DNA of 64,000 nt from the IMG/VR virus record IMGVR_UViG_2548877036_000005, positions 14,660 to 78,659 of that record, one strand, 5' to 3'. Positions within the stretch are counted from its first letter, which is position 1. Each line of letters opens with the position of its first letter. This DNA is from a virus. Lineage: Duplodnaviria > Caudoviricetes. The notes below the pieces were generated by a model, which worked only from the letters and a program-made list of their open reading frames with translations, searched no databases and was not told the origin of the DNA. Both the position numbers and the translations under genes were made by a program. Shown piece by piece: positions 10,252-19,000 of the stretch.

Positions 10252-11821
10252 ATGTGGTTTCTGGGGGAGTTGATCAATTGGTATCGGGCTTGGTGGTCGT
10301 GCCGTAAGCGGTTGGGTCGGCCTCCTACTTCTGCGGAGTTGCTGACTGGCCGGGATTATGACGCTCTCAGCAGATCAGTGGAGGCCGGTGACTACAACGT
10401 TGTCGGCCCGGTCGAGGTGTTGCCGTGGAATCGTCGGAGGGCTGACGATGAGGGCTGATGATCCGCTAGCGGTGGCAATCCGTAAGCAGACCGGAAACAA
10501 TGTTTGTATCTGGGTTGGGGAGCAACTGTTTGTACTCAAGTCGTGGACGCTGAAGGATCAGCGGCTTGATACCGCGTGGGAACCTGCGTCGGTTGTGACT
10601 CATAGTGTGCTTGAAGAAAAACATAGTTACATCCAGTGGCTTAGGGGCGCACTGGTAGTGGAGAAGGCGCGTAACGATGGCTGACTATTATCAGACCGGT
10701 TTCGAACGGGATGTCTTAATTGCTTTGGGGGAGATAAGGGACACCCTTAAAGAGGCTCTGGAAATCCAGAAGCAGGCGTGGACCAAATTAAATGCACCGA
10801 CGATTAATGTTCAAAACAGCGTCCACACTGAATCTGCGCAGGAATATATGGATAAAACACAAGACTTTCAGGGGAACCGGCTGAGATGAGTAATTCAACT
10901 AAGAGTGTGGTGGTGAACCTGTGGCCGCTATGGATCTTTACAACGACAATATTCTTCATTCTCAAAATGGCCGGAACTGTCGCGTGGTCTTGGTGGTGGG
11001 TGTTCGCTCCTCTGTGGATACCGCTGTCAGTCGCCGGGACACTTGTTGTGGTTGTGGCATTGGTGGCGTTTCTTTTGACGCTATTGGGGGTTGATCTTGA
11101 CTGAAAGTAATGGTTTCGATCTTGATGTGCATATTAATGACGATGATGTGCATATCGAGGTGTCGGGCTTCGGGGATGTTCGGAACGCTCTTGCCGCGTT
11201 GGTGAAGGTGTTCACCGATAAGGATTATGTTGCCGAATTGTGGGCGACGCTGGTCGAGGGCGACTGGGAGACCGACAACGATGACGGCTGGGATGACCAT
11301 GACTGAGTACCGGATGCCTGACCCGCCCGAAGGATACGATTGGAGGATTTGCCCCAGGGATTGGCGCGATCTAGGCTGGGCCATCTGGGTCTACTTAGAT
11401 GGCAAGAGTAAGAGCTATAGCAATTACTGTGTTGTCAAATCTATTAAAGATGAAGAGTGCAACGCTCGCGTTGCTATAGCTGTGGCTAACTCAATATTAG
11501 AGTTCTTTCACAATCCGCCACCACCTAAACCCCAGCCGTCATTCAACGGCTTGACGGGATACCGCCGTGGGTGATTTGTTACGTCTGGATGCGGAGGAAA
11601 CATGTCGGGCCGCTGCGAAAATCTGGTTTGATGAGTTTCTAGAGAAAGTCGTCATTCTGGACCGGTTCGGTGCAGAGGTCGCAGAGTTTGGAATTGTAGC
11701 CTCACATTGGGGTGCGGGCCTCGCGCACGGGCATCTTCACGCACTTGAGTACGACTGGAAAATCTATACCGCCGACTATCCCGATGATCCGGATGACGAG
11801 CCTGATTGGGAGCCGTGGTGA
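10252..11821 (+). CDS. Run of small hypothetical genes: 10252-10458, 10448-10684, 10677-10889, 10886-11104 (membrane, WSWWWVFAPLW), 11091-11306, 11299-11574, 11567-11821
   Basis: Overlapping same-strand ORFs typical of a phage operon. Confidence 0.65.
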
Positions 11822-12168
11822 CATGGCCGTGGCCTGAACCTGAGTCGGACCGTCTGCGCCGCATAATCGACTACTACCGTGACGCGTTACTAGAGGAAGC
11901 CCCTACCCGCTGCCTGGAGATTGATGCGGTGATGGCCGAGTACGGGCAGGGCTGGATTACCGATAATGAGATTATTGATGTCAATCAGTTGATGACCGCT
12001 CGTGAAGTATCGGAATATATTCAGGCCAGGTTTGGTGAGGATGTTTCGGTGTTTGATGTGCGTAATTGGGAGCGGGCGGGATCATATTCTGGGATTTGGC
12101 GTGGGTCGCGTAAGTATTTCCGGTTGGGGGATGTGCTGGTGAAGGCCAGAAACACAAAGAAACCCTAG
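11818..12168 (+). CDS. Putative helix-turn-helix DNA-binding protein
   Basis: LMTAREVS ... VRNWERAG ... YFRLGDV, MerR/excisionase-like pattern. Confidence 0.6.
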   Translation: MTWPWPEPESDRLRRIIDYYRDALLEEAPTRCLEIDAVMAEYGQGWITDNEIIDVNQLMTAREVSEYIQARFGEDVSVFDVRNWERAGSYSGIWRGSRKYFRLGDVLVKARNTKKP

Positions 12169-12202
12169 AATTCGTAGTATATACTCAGATTGTTGGGGAA
12201 AA

Positions 12203-12589
12203 GTGTATCCGCATGAAGAATGGTATCCGATTCGCGGCATTCCGGGTTATGAGATTACTACTGATGCGCAGGTCCGTTCTCCACGTAAAATTTTGAAGCA
12301 GTGGGTCGGTAGGGACGGCCTGAAACGCGTCCAGATCCGCGATAAGCCTCATTTGGTACATATCCTTATGTTGACGACGTTTGTGTCTCCACGGCCCGAT
12401 GGGGGGCGTGCAAGGTTCAAGTCTGGGGATACTGCGGATTGTCGTTTGGAGAATCTGCGGTGGCGGGAGCCTAAGCGCTCTGTGTCGGTGTCTCGGCTGT
12501 GTTCTAAGGGTCATGACATGTCTGGTCGTGTGTGTTGGGCGTGTGTCGAGGGCGCGCCGCCTGTGGTGGATCTACCTGACGTTATCTAG
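12203..12589 (+). CDS. NUMOD4/HNH endonuclease-like protein (HNH residues degenerate)
   Basis: EEWYPIRGIPGYEI NUMOD4-like start; VHILMLTTFV ... DCRLENLRW lacks the canonical His/Asn. Confidence 0.7.
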   Translation: MYPHEEWYPIRGIPGYEITTDAQVRSPRKILKQWVGRDGLKRVQIRDKPHLVHILMLTTFVSPRPDGGRARFKSGDTADCRLENLRWREPKRSVSVSRLCSKGHDMSGRVCWACVEGAPPVVDLPDVI

Positions 12590-12598
12590 ATTTTGCGG

Positions 12599-12705
12599 TT
12601 TGGCGCACCCTGTGGGGTTCCTTGTGGTGGGGAATCAGGTTGATGCGCCGGGCGGGGCTGTGCCTACTGGTTGAATTCGCGCGTTCCGGTAGAGGCCCCG
12701 CCGTC
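12599..12705 (+). other. Intergenic tandem stem-loops (possible RNA element)
   Basis: TGGCGCA/TGCGCCG and GGCGGGGC/GCCCCGCC stems with inner helices. Confidence 0.45.
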
Positions 12706-12735
12706 TAACTTCAATTAGGGGAAAGGTGCTGGCGG

Positions 12736-13020
12736 GTGAACGCTAAGCATGCATGGGCGGCTATTGCCGGTTGGGTGTTTACGTGGAACTTTTACGCTTT
12801 AGTGAATTCCGCCAAGCCTGATAAGCCTAAAATGTTGTCTGAGCAGATGAATGAGTGGCGGGTTAAGTATCCGTGGCTTGTGTATCCGCTGATTTTCGCT
12901 GTCGCCGGTCATTTGGCGCGTATGTTCGGTAACCGGCATGATCCTATTACGAATAGTTTTGGGTATGCGGGTGTTCTTATTGACTTGTTTAAAACTGTGT
13001 TGAGGGGCCATCATGGCTAG
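12736..13020 (+). CDS. Membrane-associated hypothetical protein
   Basis: Hydrophobic segments; MLSE ... HL ... DP motif. Confidence 0.65.
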   Translation: MNAKHAWAAIAGWVFTWNFYALVNSAKPDKPKMLSEQMNEWRVKYPWLVYPLIFAVAGHLARMFGNRHDPITNSFGYAGVLIDLFKTVLRGHHG

Positions 13021-13579
13021 GGTTGGTGTTGATCTTGATGGTGTCCTCTACGATTTCGGTGGAGCGTTCCGGGAATATCTGGTTAGGAATTATTCCTGGA
13101 GCCGTAGTTGGTGCCCCGATCCTGTTCGGTGGGAATTCTATGAGGACTGGGGAATCAGCCTGATCGGGTTTCTTAACTTATGCAATAGAGCAGCGGACCA
13201 AGGCGCACTGTGGGGGCAGAGCCTTATGGGCGGGCGCGCCGTGCCGGAGCATTTGTGCCGATTGCGAGCTGCTGGACATTCTATCCATATTATAACGAAT
13301 CGTTCTTTTGGTTCACATCCTGGCCGTTCTCAGGCCGATACGGCTAGGTGGCTACAGGCGTGGGGCGTGCCGTACGACACGCTGACGTTCTCTGCGGATA
13401 AAACGATCATTCAGACCGATTTGATGATCGAGGATAACGCCGACAACTATTTGGCTTTAGAGAAGGCTGGGTGTAGGTCGGTACTTATTAATCGTCCTTG
13501 GAATGAGCATCTTGCGTTTGCGCACCGGGTGGATTCCGTTTCTGAATTTGTTGATTTGGTTTTGGGGGAAACCGCGTGA
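13013..13579 (+). CDS. HAD-family 5'(3')-deoxyribonucleotidase
   Basis: VDLDGV, IITNR, DK, IEDN, RPWN motifs. Confidence 0.88.
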   Translation: MARVGVDLDGVLYDFGGAFREYLVRNYSWSRSWCPDPVRWEFYEDWGISLIGFLNLCNRAADQGALWGQSLMGGRAVPEHLCRLRAAGHSIHIITNRSFGSHPGRSQADTARWLQAWGVPYDTLTFSADKTIIQTDLMIEDNADNYLALEKAGCRSVLINRPWNEHLAFAHRVDSVSEFVDLVLGETA

Positions 13580-14022
13580 GTGAAGAGGTTCGTGTTACGT
13601 CCAGTACGGGCGGGGAGAAGGGCTCGAAGTTGGCCCGATTTGATCTCGTGCCGGTTCGCCCCCTGACGGAGCTGGCTGAGCTGTACGGGCGTGGGGCGGC
13701 GAAGTATGAGGACCGGAACTGGGAGCGCGGGTATGACTGGGGGCTGTCGTATGCGGCTCTGTGTCGTCATCTGACGCAGTTTTGGGCTGGCCAGGACCGT
13801 GATGAGGAGACTGGCGCGAAGCACATCATTGCGGTTGCTTGGCATGCGTTTGCGTTGGCCCAGTTCATGGAGACCCATCCGGAGTTCGACAACCGGCCCA
13901 GTGGGGCTGTCGCTGATGCTCTTGGGGTTGATTTGGAGACCCGTAAGGATCTGGTAGAACGCGCTAAGAAAGCTGCCCAAGAGACCTGGAATAACTACTA
14001 TTGGGGTGGTTCTGTTGGATAG
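13576..14022 (+). CDS. dATP/dGTP diphosphohydrolase-domain protein (DUF5664-like)
   Basis: TGGEKG-x-K-x-x-RFDL, GAAKY-x-x-RNWERG, D-x-ETG-x-x-H. Confidence 0.85.
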   Translation: MSEEVRVTSSTGGEKGSKLARFDLVPVRPLTELAELYGRGAAKYEDRNWERGYDWGLSYAALCRHLTQFWAGQDRDEETGAKHIIAVAWHAFALAQFMETHPEFDNRPSGAVADALGVDLETRKDLVERAKKAAQETWNNYYWGGSVG

Positions 14023-14563
14023 CCCTGAGGTTTGGCGCCCCATTCCCGGATATGAGGGTCATTACGAGGTGTCTAACCTGGGGCGGGTCCGGTCGCTGGA
14101 TCGGTATATAGAGACGAAGCAAGGGCTTCGATTCCGCGCAGGGTGTATCCGTAAATTTGGCAAGCATGTTGGTGGGTACCTAGAGTTGCCGTTACTGCTG
14201 GATGGTAAGCAAAAGATGTTTACGGTTCATAGGCTGGTAATGCTTGCATTCGTCGGCGAACGACCTGAAGGCTTTGACATCTGTCACAATGACGGTGACA
14301 AAACTAATAATGAGCTATCTAACTTGCGGTACGACACTAAGAAGTCGAACGCTCAGGATTCGATACGCCATGGCACCAATTGGCAGCTGAGTAAAACTAG
14401 TTGTGTAAACGGTCACGAATTCACGGTCGATAACACCGGGTATAACGATAAGGGTCAACGCTGGTGTAAGGCTTGTAGGCGTGCGCAGGTTCGCGCGCAC
14501 TATTACAATAACCCGGAATATTATAAGGCTCGCAGTGAGCGTAGACGAACGAAGGTATCCTAA
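14006..14563 (+). CDS. NUMOD4-HNH homing endonuclease
   Basis: WRPIPGYEGHYEVSNLGRVRS; VHRLV ... CHNDGDKTNN ... NL. Confidence 0.92.
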   Translation: MVLLDSPEVWRPIPGYEGHYEVSNLGRVRSLDRYIETKQGLRFRAGCIRKFGKHVGGYLELPLLLDGKQKMFTVHRLVMLAFVGERPEGFDICHNDGDKTNNELSNLRYDTKKSNAQDSIRHGTNWQLSKTSCVNGHEFTVDNTGYNDKGQRWCKACRRAQVRAHYYNNPEYYKARSERRRTKVS

Positions 14564-15337
14564 TTGTCGCCGCGTGTGCTCGTTATCGACGTGGAGTCTC
14601 AGAGGGCTGTAGTCGAGTCGTTTAATTTGTTTCCTAAGTACATCACAATTGATCGGGTCATTCGGCCTACACGCCTGCTGTGCTTCGCTGCTAAGTTTGT
14701 AGATGAAGACCGCGTGCGATTCTTTCCCGCTTGGGATGATGATGACCTGCCCGCGTATGAGCGCATGGTACACGCGGCTTGGGCGTTGTTGGACGAGGCT
14801 GACATTGTTGTCGGGTGGAATAACACCCGTTACGACGATAAGTATTTTAATGCAGCATTCGGTAAGATGGGCTTGGGGCCGGTCTCCCCATATAAGTCTT
14901 TGGACTTAATGCAGGTGGCCAAAAAGAACTTCGCGGCAGGCGAGCTGAGCCTCAAATTGGATTGGTTCTCGCGTATGTGGCTGGGGGACGCGAAAACAAA
15001 TCACGGCGGCACAGACCTGTGGCACGACATAAGGTATGGCACGCGAGCAGAGCGTCGCGCCGCCCAGAAAATCATGCGTACGTACAATATCCACGATGTC
15101 GAGTTGACCGCAGAGCTTTATCATAAATTCTTGCCGTGGTCGAACATCAATATGGGTATTTACCATGATGATGGTGTGCCGCATTGTTCTAAGTGTGGTG
15201 GGACTGATTTGCGGCGTTCTGGGTTTCATTATACGTCTGCGGGGAAGTTTCAGGAGTATCGTTGCCGGGATAAGGATTGTCGGGGTTGGTCTCGTGGTTC
15301 TAAGCGGTTGGCGACTACTGAGTTGAGGTCGGCCTGA
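14564..15337 (+). CDS. DnaQ/RNase H-like 3'-5' exonuclease with C-terminal zinc ribbon
   Basis: IDVES, GWN-x-x-x-YD, YNIHDV; C-terminal CSKC ... C-x4-C. Confidence 0.85.
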   Translation: MSPRVLVIDVESQRAVVESFNLFPKYITIDRVIRPTRLLCFAAKFVDEDRVRFFPAWDDDDLPAYERMVHAAWALLDEADIVVGWNNTRYDDKYFNAAFGKMGLGPVSPYKSLDLMQVAKKNFAAGELSLKLDWFSRMWLGDAKTNHGGTDLWHDIRYGTRAERRAAQKIMRTYNIHDVELTAELYHKFLPWSNINMGIYHDDGVPHCSKCGGTDLRRSGFHYTSAGKFQEYRCRDKDCRGWSRGSKRLATTELRSA

Positions 15338-15634
15338 TGGCTCATGGGGCTTCCTATGTAACCGTGATCGTTGATTTTGGTTTTGATCCTAATCCGTTCC
15401 GTTGGGACGTTTTGGAAACTTGGATGATGGTTTCATTTTATGACGAGTTGAGGCTGATCAATTGGCTGCTAGAGGGTCGATAAAGCCGCTGCCTGATCCT
15501 GCCCGGAACATCATGTTGGAATTCAAGCAGTCTGAGCTTCTGCGGATGGTTGATAAAGCTGCGTCTGCTGGGGTGTCTACGCATGAATGGGCTCAGGAGG
15601 CTTTGATCGTCGCCTGTAAGTAGGGGGTGGTCAT

Positions 15635-16063
15635 ATCGCAGGGAATCTGCGTCGGAAAGCTGGCCCTGATGCTGCCCGTACCGATCGTGAGTATCAGCGC
15701 GCGCGGCGTATAGCTCAACGTAGGTCTTCTATCTGCACTGTGTGTCGTCAGGCTGTGGATATGCGTTTGAAGCCTATTTGTAGGTTTGTGGATACTGATG
15801 GTTTTCCGGTTGAGCGGGCGCATGAGATTCCGTTGGAGTGTGGTGACCCGAATTGTCGGGCAGGGCACTCACGTAAGCCTAATCCGTGGTCGTGGTCTGC
15901 TGGGCATAAGGTTCCGGTTGCGAAGTTGGCTCCGGATTCTCCGTTGTTGACTGATCCGAATAACCTCGAAACGCAGCATTTGCGCTGTAATAAACAGGTC
16001 GGTGATCGTGATACCGGCAAATCGGATACTAGCTGTAAGGTTTCTCGTGATTGGTTCCTGTAA
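15635..16063 (+). CDS. HNH endonuclease (packaging-associated type); start uncertain
   Basis: CTVC, SAGHKVP, NLETQHLRCNKQVGD; frame open from 15620; ATC at 15635 follows a G-rich RBS. Confidence 0.8.
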   Translation: MAGNLRRKAGPDAARTDREYQRARRIAQRRSSICTVCRQAVDMRLKPICRFVDTDGFPVERAHEIPLECGDPNCRAGHSRKPNPWSWSAGHKVPVAKLAPDSPLLTDPNNLETQHLRCNKQVGDRDTGKSDTSCKVSRDWFL

Positions 16064-16380
16064 AGATTTTAGTCCGTTGTTGGACAGGTTTGAGTGTGTT
16101 GAATGCTTAGACAGGTTCCGTGTTGTTTATCCGGCGAAATGGATGCTTCAGGTTCACCAGTTGACGCATGGGCATATGGCTTGGCGTGTGGTGGGCGAGG
16201 ATTCTGATTCTGTTGAATGGGATAATTCCTGATGCCCCGGCCCAATGGCGAGCCGTTCTGGTTTGAATCCTATTCTTCGCCTCTTCCCCAGTTTGGGGAG
16301 CGTCGGCCTGTCTCGGAGGGTTGGCCGGAGGTTCCGGAGGGATTCGATTTCGAGTTGTGGCGTGACCGGGAGCGGTATTG

Positions 16381-16581
16381 ATGTCTGATCTTCCTAAGTA
16401 TTCGGTTGTGTTCTCAGATGAGGACAATGAGTGGGTTGCGACGTGTGATATTTTTCCGTCGTTGTCTTGGCTTGATTCTGATCCAGTTGAGGCGCTTGAG
16501 CAGTTATGTAATTTGATAGATGACGTTATCGATGACTTGGTTTATGCCGAGTTTCCGGGGCATTTGAGGTTGGTGAAATGA
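16381..16581 (+). CDS. HicB-like antitoxin domain protein
   Basis: Y-x-V-x-FSDEDNEWVATC-x-x-FPSLSWL ... EAL, the HicB N-terminal fold pattern. Confidence 0.7.
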   Translation: MSDLPKYSVVFSDEDNEWVATCDIFPSLSWLDSDPVEALEQLCNLIDDVIDDLVYAEFPGHLRLVK

Positions 16582-16698
16582 CTGATTCCGAGGATGATGC
16601 TGTTGAGGTTCCGGAATTTTCGGAGCGGCGTCGAATGTATGGGATGCCAGCTTGTTGTGATGCGAAGTCGGTTGAGGATTTTCTGAGGCAGTGGGGTA

Positions 16699-16899
16699 AT
16701 GGCTGAGGAATGGTCTGAGGATCGTATTCGGGGGATTGTGCGGGATGAGTTGGCGGCGGCTGAGGCTGAGGCGTCTTTGATGATTGCTACTGAGCAGGCG
16801 TTGTATAAGGCTGTTTTTGACCAGTTTTTGGCTGATTCTGATCTTCCTGATGATGTGCGTGCGCAGTTGTCTAAGTTTGTGGATGATCTGCTTGGCTGA
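16699..16899 (+). CDS. Hypothetical protein
   Basis: RBS plus ATG; last ORF before the tRNA region. Confidence 0.6.
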   Translation: MAEEWSEDRIRGIVRDELAAAEAEASLMIATEQALYKAVFDQFLADSDLPDDVRAQLSKFVDDLLG

Positions 16900-16904
16900 G
16901 TTCG

Positions 16905-16978
16905 GCTGCCTTAGCTCAATCTGGTAGAGCAGCGGCTTTGTAACCCGCAGGTTGGCAGTTCAATTCTGCCAGGCAGCT
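16905..16978 (+). tRNA. tRNA-Thr(UGU)
   Basis: Acceptor GCTGCCT/AGGCAGC, D arm GCTC/GAGC, anticodon loop TTTGTAA, T arm GGCAG-TTCAATT-CTGCC. Confidence 0.9.
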
Positions 16979-16981
16979 CAA

Positions 16982-17087
16982 TGTGGGGTGAGGATCAGTG
17001 GGAGGGCCAGGGAAAGCTAGCTAGTACCTGGTGGCCGTGATCGGCGCATAGGGCGCAGGCAGCGGGTTTAATTCCCGCCGCCCCGCA
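16982..17087 (+). ncRNA. Aberrant tRNA-like RNA without a D arm
   Basis: TGTGGGGTG/CGCCCCGCA terminal stem, T arm GCGGG-TTTAATT-CCCGC, long internal stem and a GCGC hairpin. Confidence 0.55.
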
Positions 17088-17092
17088 GGTTT

Positions 17093-17164
17093 AGCGGTGT
17101 AGAGCAGTGGTAGCTTGTCGGGCTCATAACCCGAAGGTCGCATGTTCGACTCATGCCACCGCTA
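17093..17164 (+). tRNA. tRNA-Met(CAU), initiator-like anticodon stem
   Basis: AGCGGTG/CACCGCT, anticodon arm TCGGG-CTCATAA-CCCGA, T loop TTCGACT. Confidence 0.9.
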
Positions 17165-17312
17165 CGTAGGGAAATGGTGACGCCCCCGGTTTGATTCCGC
17201 GAATGGGTTGCCGGTGTCAGCCTTCTACCTGAGTGAAGGTCGAGCCACCTATGTTCCGGTGACTATTCAAGCCTTTTGGTTATGGACTCCCGGTGCAACA
17301 GTTCAGGTGGCC

Positions 17313-17386
17313 GCAAGGGTGTAGTTTCAATCAAAATACTGGGAGTCCAACCCCGGAGATGCAGGACGATCCTGCTGCCCGCGCCA
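17313..17386 (+). pseudogene. Degenerate tRNA (Gly UCC-like or Trp CCA-like)
   Basis: GGGTGTAGTTT start, CTGGG-AGTCCAAC-CCCGG arm, GCAGG/CCTGC arm with a shortened loop, ends TGCCCGCGCCA. Confidence 0.45.
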
Positions 17387-17426
17387 ATAAAAATGATATG
17401 TGCGTGATGCACGGAAAGAAGGCGTG

Positions 17427-17705
17427 ATGCCTAAAGAGTATATTGGTAGGGAACCACAAGAGCGTGGCTCTGTTAGTGTGTCGTGGGGCCGGGACCATTG
17501 TATGGTGCAGTTGTCTGTGGCCGGTCCAATCGGGTGGAGAAGCGACCGCTTGCCGTCGCCCGATCCCAAGGGTGTGCAGGTGTGTGGCTATTCACCTGAT
17601 GAAGATTTGGATTGGCATTTTAGCGTTAAGCACCGTAATGAGATCAACGATTTGATCCGTGTGCTTCGTAAGGCTCGTGATCAGGCTTTTGGCCGGGACG
17701 AGTAA
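17427..17705 (+). CDS. Hypothetical protein within the tRNA region
   Basis: RBS AGAAGG plus ATG; C-terminal EINDLIRVLRKARDQAFGRDE. Confidence 0.75.
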   Translation: MPKEYIGREPQERGSVSVSWGRDHCMVQLSVAGPIGWRSDRLPSPDPKGVQVCGYSPDEDLDWHFSVKHRNEINDLIRVLRKARDQAFGRDE

Positions 17706-17944
17706 ATAGACTTCGGGTTAGGCTACCCGCGATCCTCCTTTGGGTCGTGCCCACTCCTTTGGGGGCAACAAAAGGCCCCAGTAACGGTTGTATCGCCGTG
17801 CCCGTCTGGCCAGTTAGGGTGAATGATCCGCTGTTGTCATCGTTAGGGACATAAGCGGGCCGACGCTGACTAAATATCGGCCACCTAAAATGTGCCCAGG
17901 TGGGGTGCCTTCCCTGTTGAAATATCCTACCTAAGGAATAAGTT

Positions 17945-18148
17945 ATGCAGCGTATCGGCATTGAGCGCTACAAGCGGGAGTTACACGATAGCCCGGACGG
18001 ATGGCCCTATTCGGGGTTGATTGAGGGTAGTCGAGATGATGGTTCCCGTTGGATTATGTGGCTTGATGAGCAGGGCAGCCCCGCGTTGTTCTACGCGAAC
18101 CGTGATGAGTACGGTGGCGTGGTTGGTGACCCGGTGGCTTTGCAATAA
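17945..18148 (+). CDS. Hypothetical protein within the tRNA region
   Basis: AAGGA RBS plus ATG. Confidence 0.65.
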   Translation: MQRIGIERYKRELHDSPDGWPYSGLIEGSRDDGSRWIMWLDEQGSPALFYANRDEYGGVVGDPVALQ

Positions 18149-19000
18149 ATCTGCCCACCTGCATGCAAGGTGGAGCTGTAAATCCAGACGTGCATAGAAG
18201 CTGCACGGTCATGAAAGAGCACATACCGGCTGCTGGTGTCGGGTGTGTGTGCGCCTAGCGGATGGTGCGAAGATGTCCGCAGACGGCCACGCATGTTTTA
18301 TCTGACGTGGTTGGGGTGACACCGCTTTTAGGTGGTGAAGAAACCCGTGAGGTGTAAACGTGTCTGCCCTCCGCTGTGATAGCCGACAGCAGAGCGGGCG
18401 TGAGTGGAGTTTCCGACAGGGCGCTCATGCTTTCACCTTGTTAAGGTTGGACACCTTCGGGTAGGTGGAGAGGTTAACTCTGCGAAGCTAGGTGTCGTGC
18501 GGGAATAGGCCCCCCGTATTTTCTACCCAAAACCTGCTAGCCGGGATAGAAGTGCTAGCCCCATATTCCGAATGGGTTACGGAGGTAGTGATACCACCAC
18601 TGTGGAACCCCAGAACCGTCCCTGTAGCCCTCTTTTTTTTAGAGGGCAGATCAAACGGCTGGGTAGTTGCGCTGTGTCTATCCGTCTGGGGTTCTACGGC
18701 CCTGGGGTGATAGATGTGTGGCGAATGAGCTAATTCGTCACAGCTTGGCAAGCTAATCCTCCCAGCCCCCCCGTCCAGGGTTCTGCACTGGCTGGGTTTT
18801 AGGTTGCCCGTGATCCTAAACGGGCCGACTTGGCTCCCCGTTACTTGTTGCCCGGCATTCCCTTCTGTCGTCAACCCGAAGGATTAACTTGTGGGGATTG
18901 GGTGTCCCCGTACGCGACCAGGCTCTCGCGTCTGTTCAGTAGGGTGAACGCACGGAAACCGCCCAATCTTAAACGGCAAACGGTCATGTGCCCGCAATCT
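18149..19000 (+). ncRNA. Candidate large structured non-coding RNA
   Basis: ~850 nt without a credible RBS-led ORF; continuous succession of hairpins; flanked by tRNA-like elements. Confidence 0.45.

Noticed and set aside
13576-14022. 2-aminoadenine (Z-genome) pathway
   Set aside because: No PurZ or dedicated polymerase is visible; DUF5664-like genes are common on their own
14006-14563. Group I intron around the HNH gene
   Set aside because: Flanking genes look complete and abut the HNH ORF, leaving no room for intron core structure; a free-standing endonuclease
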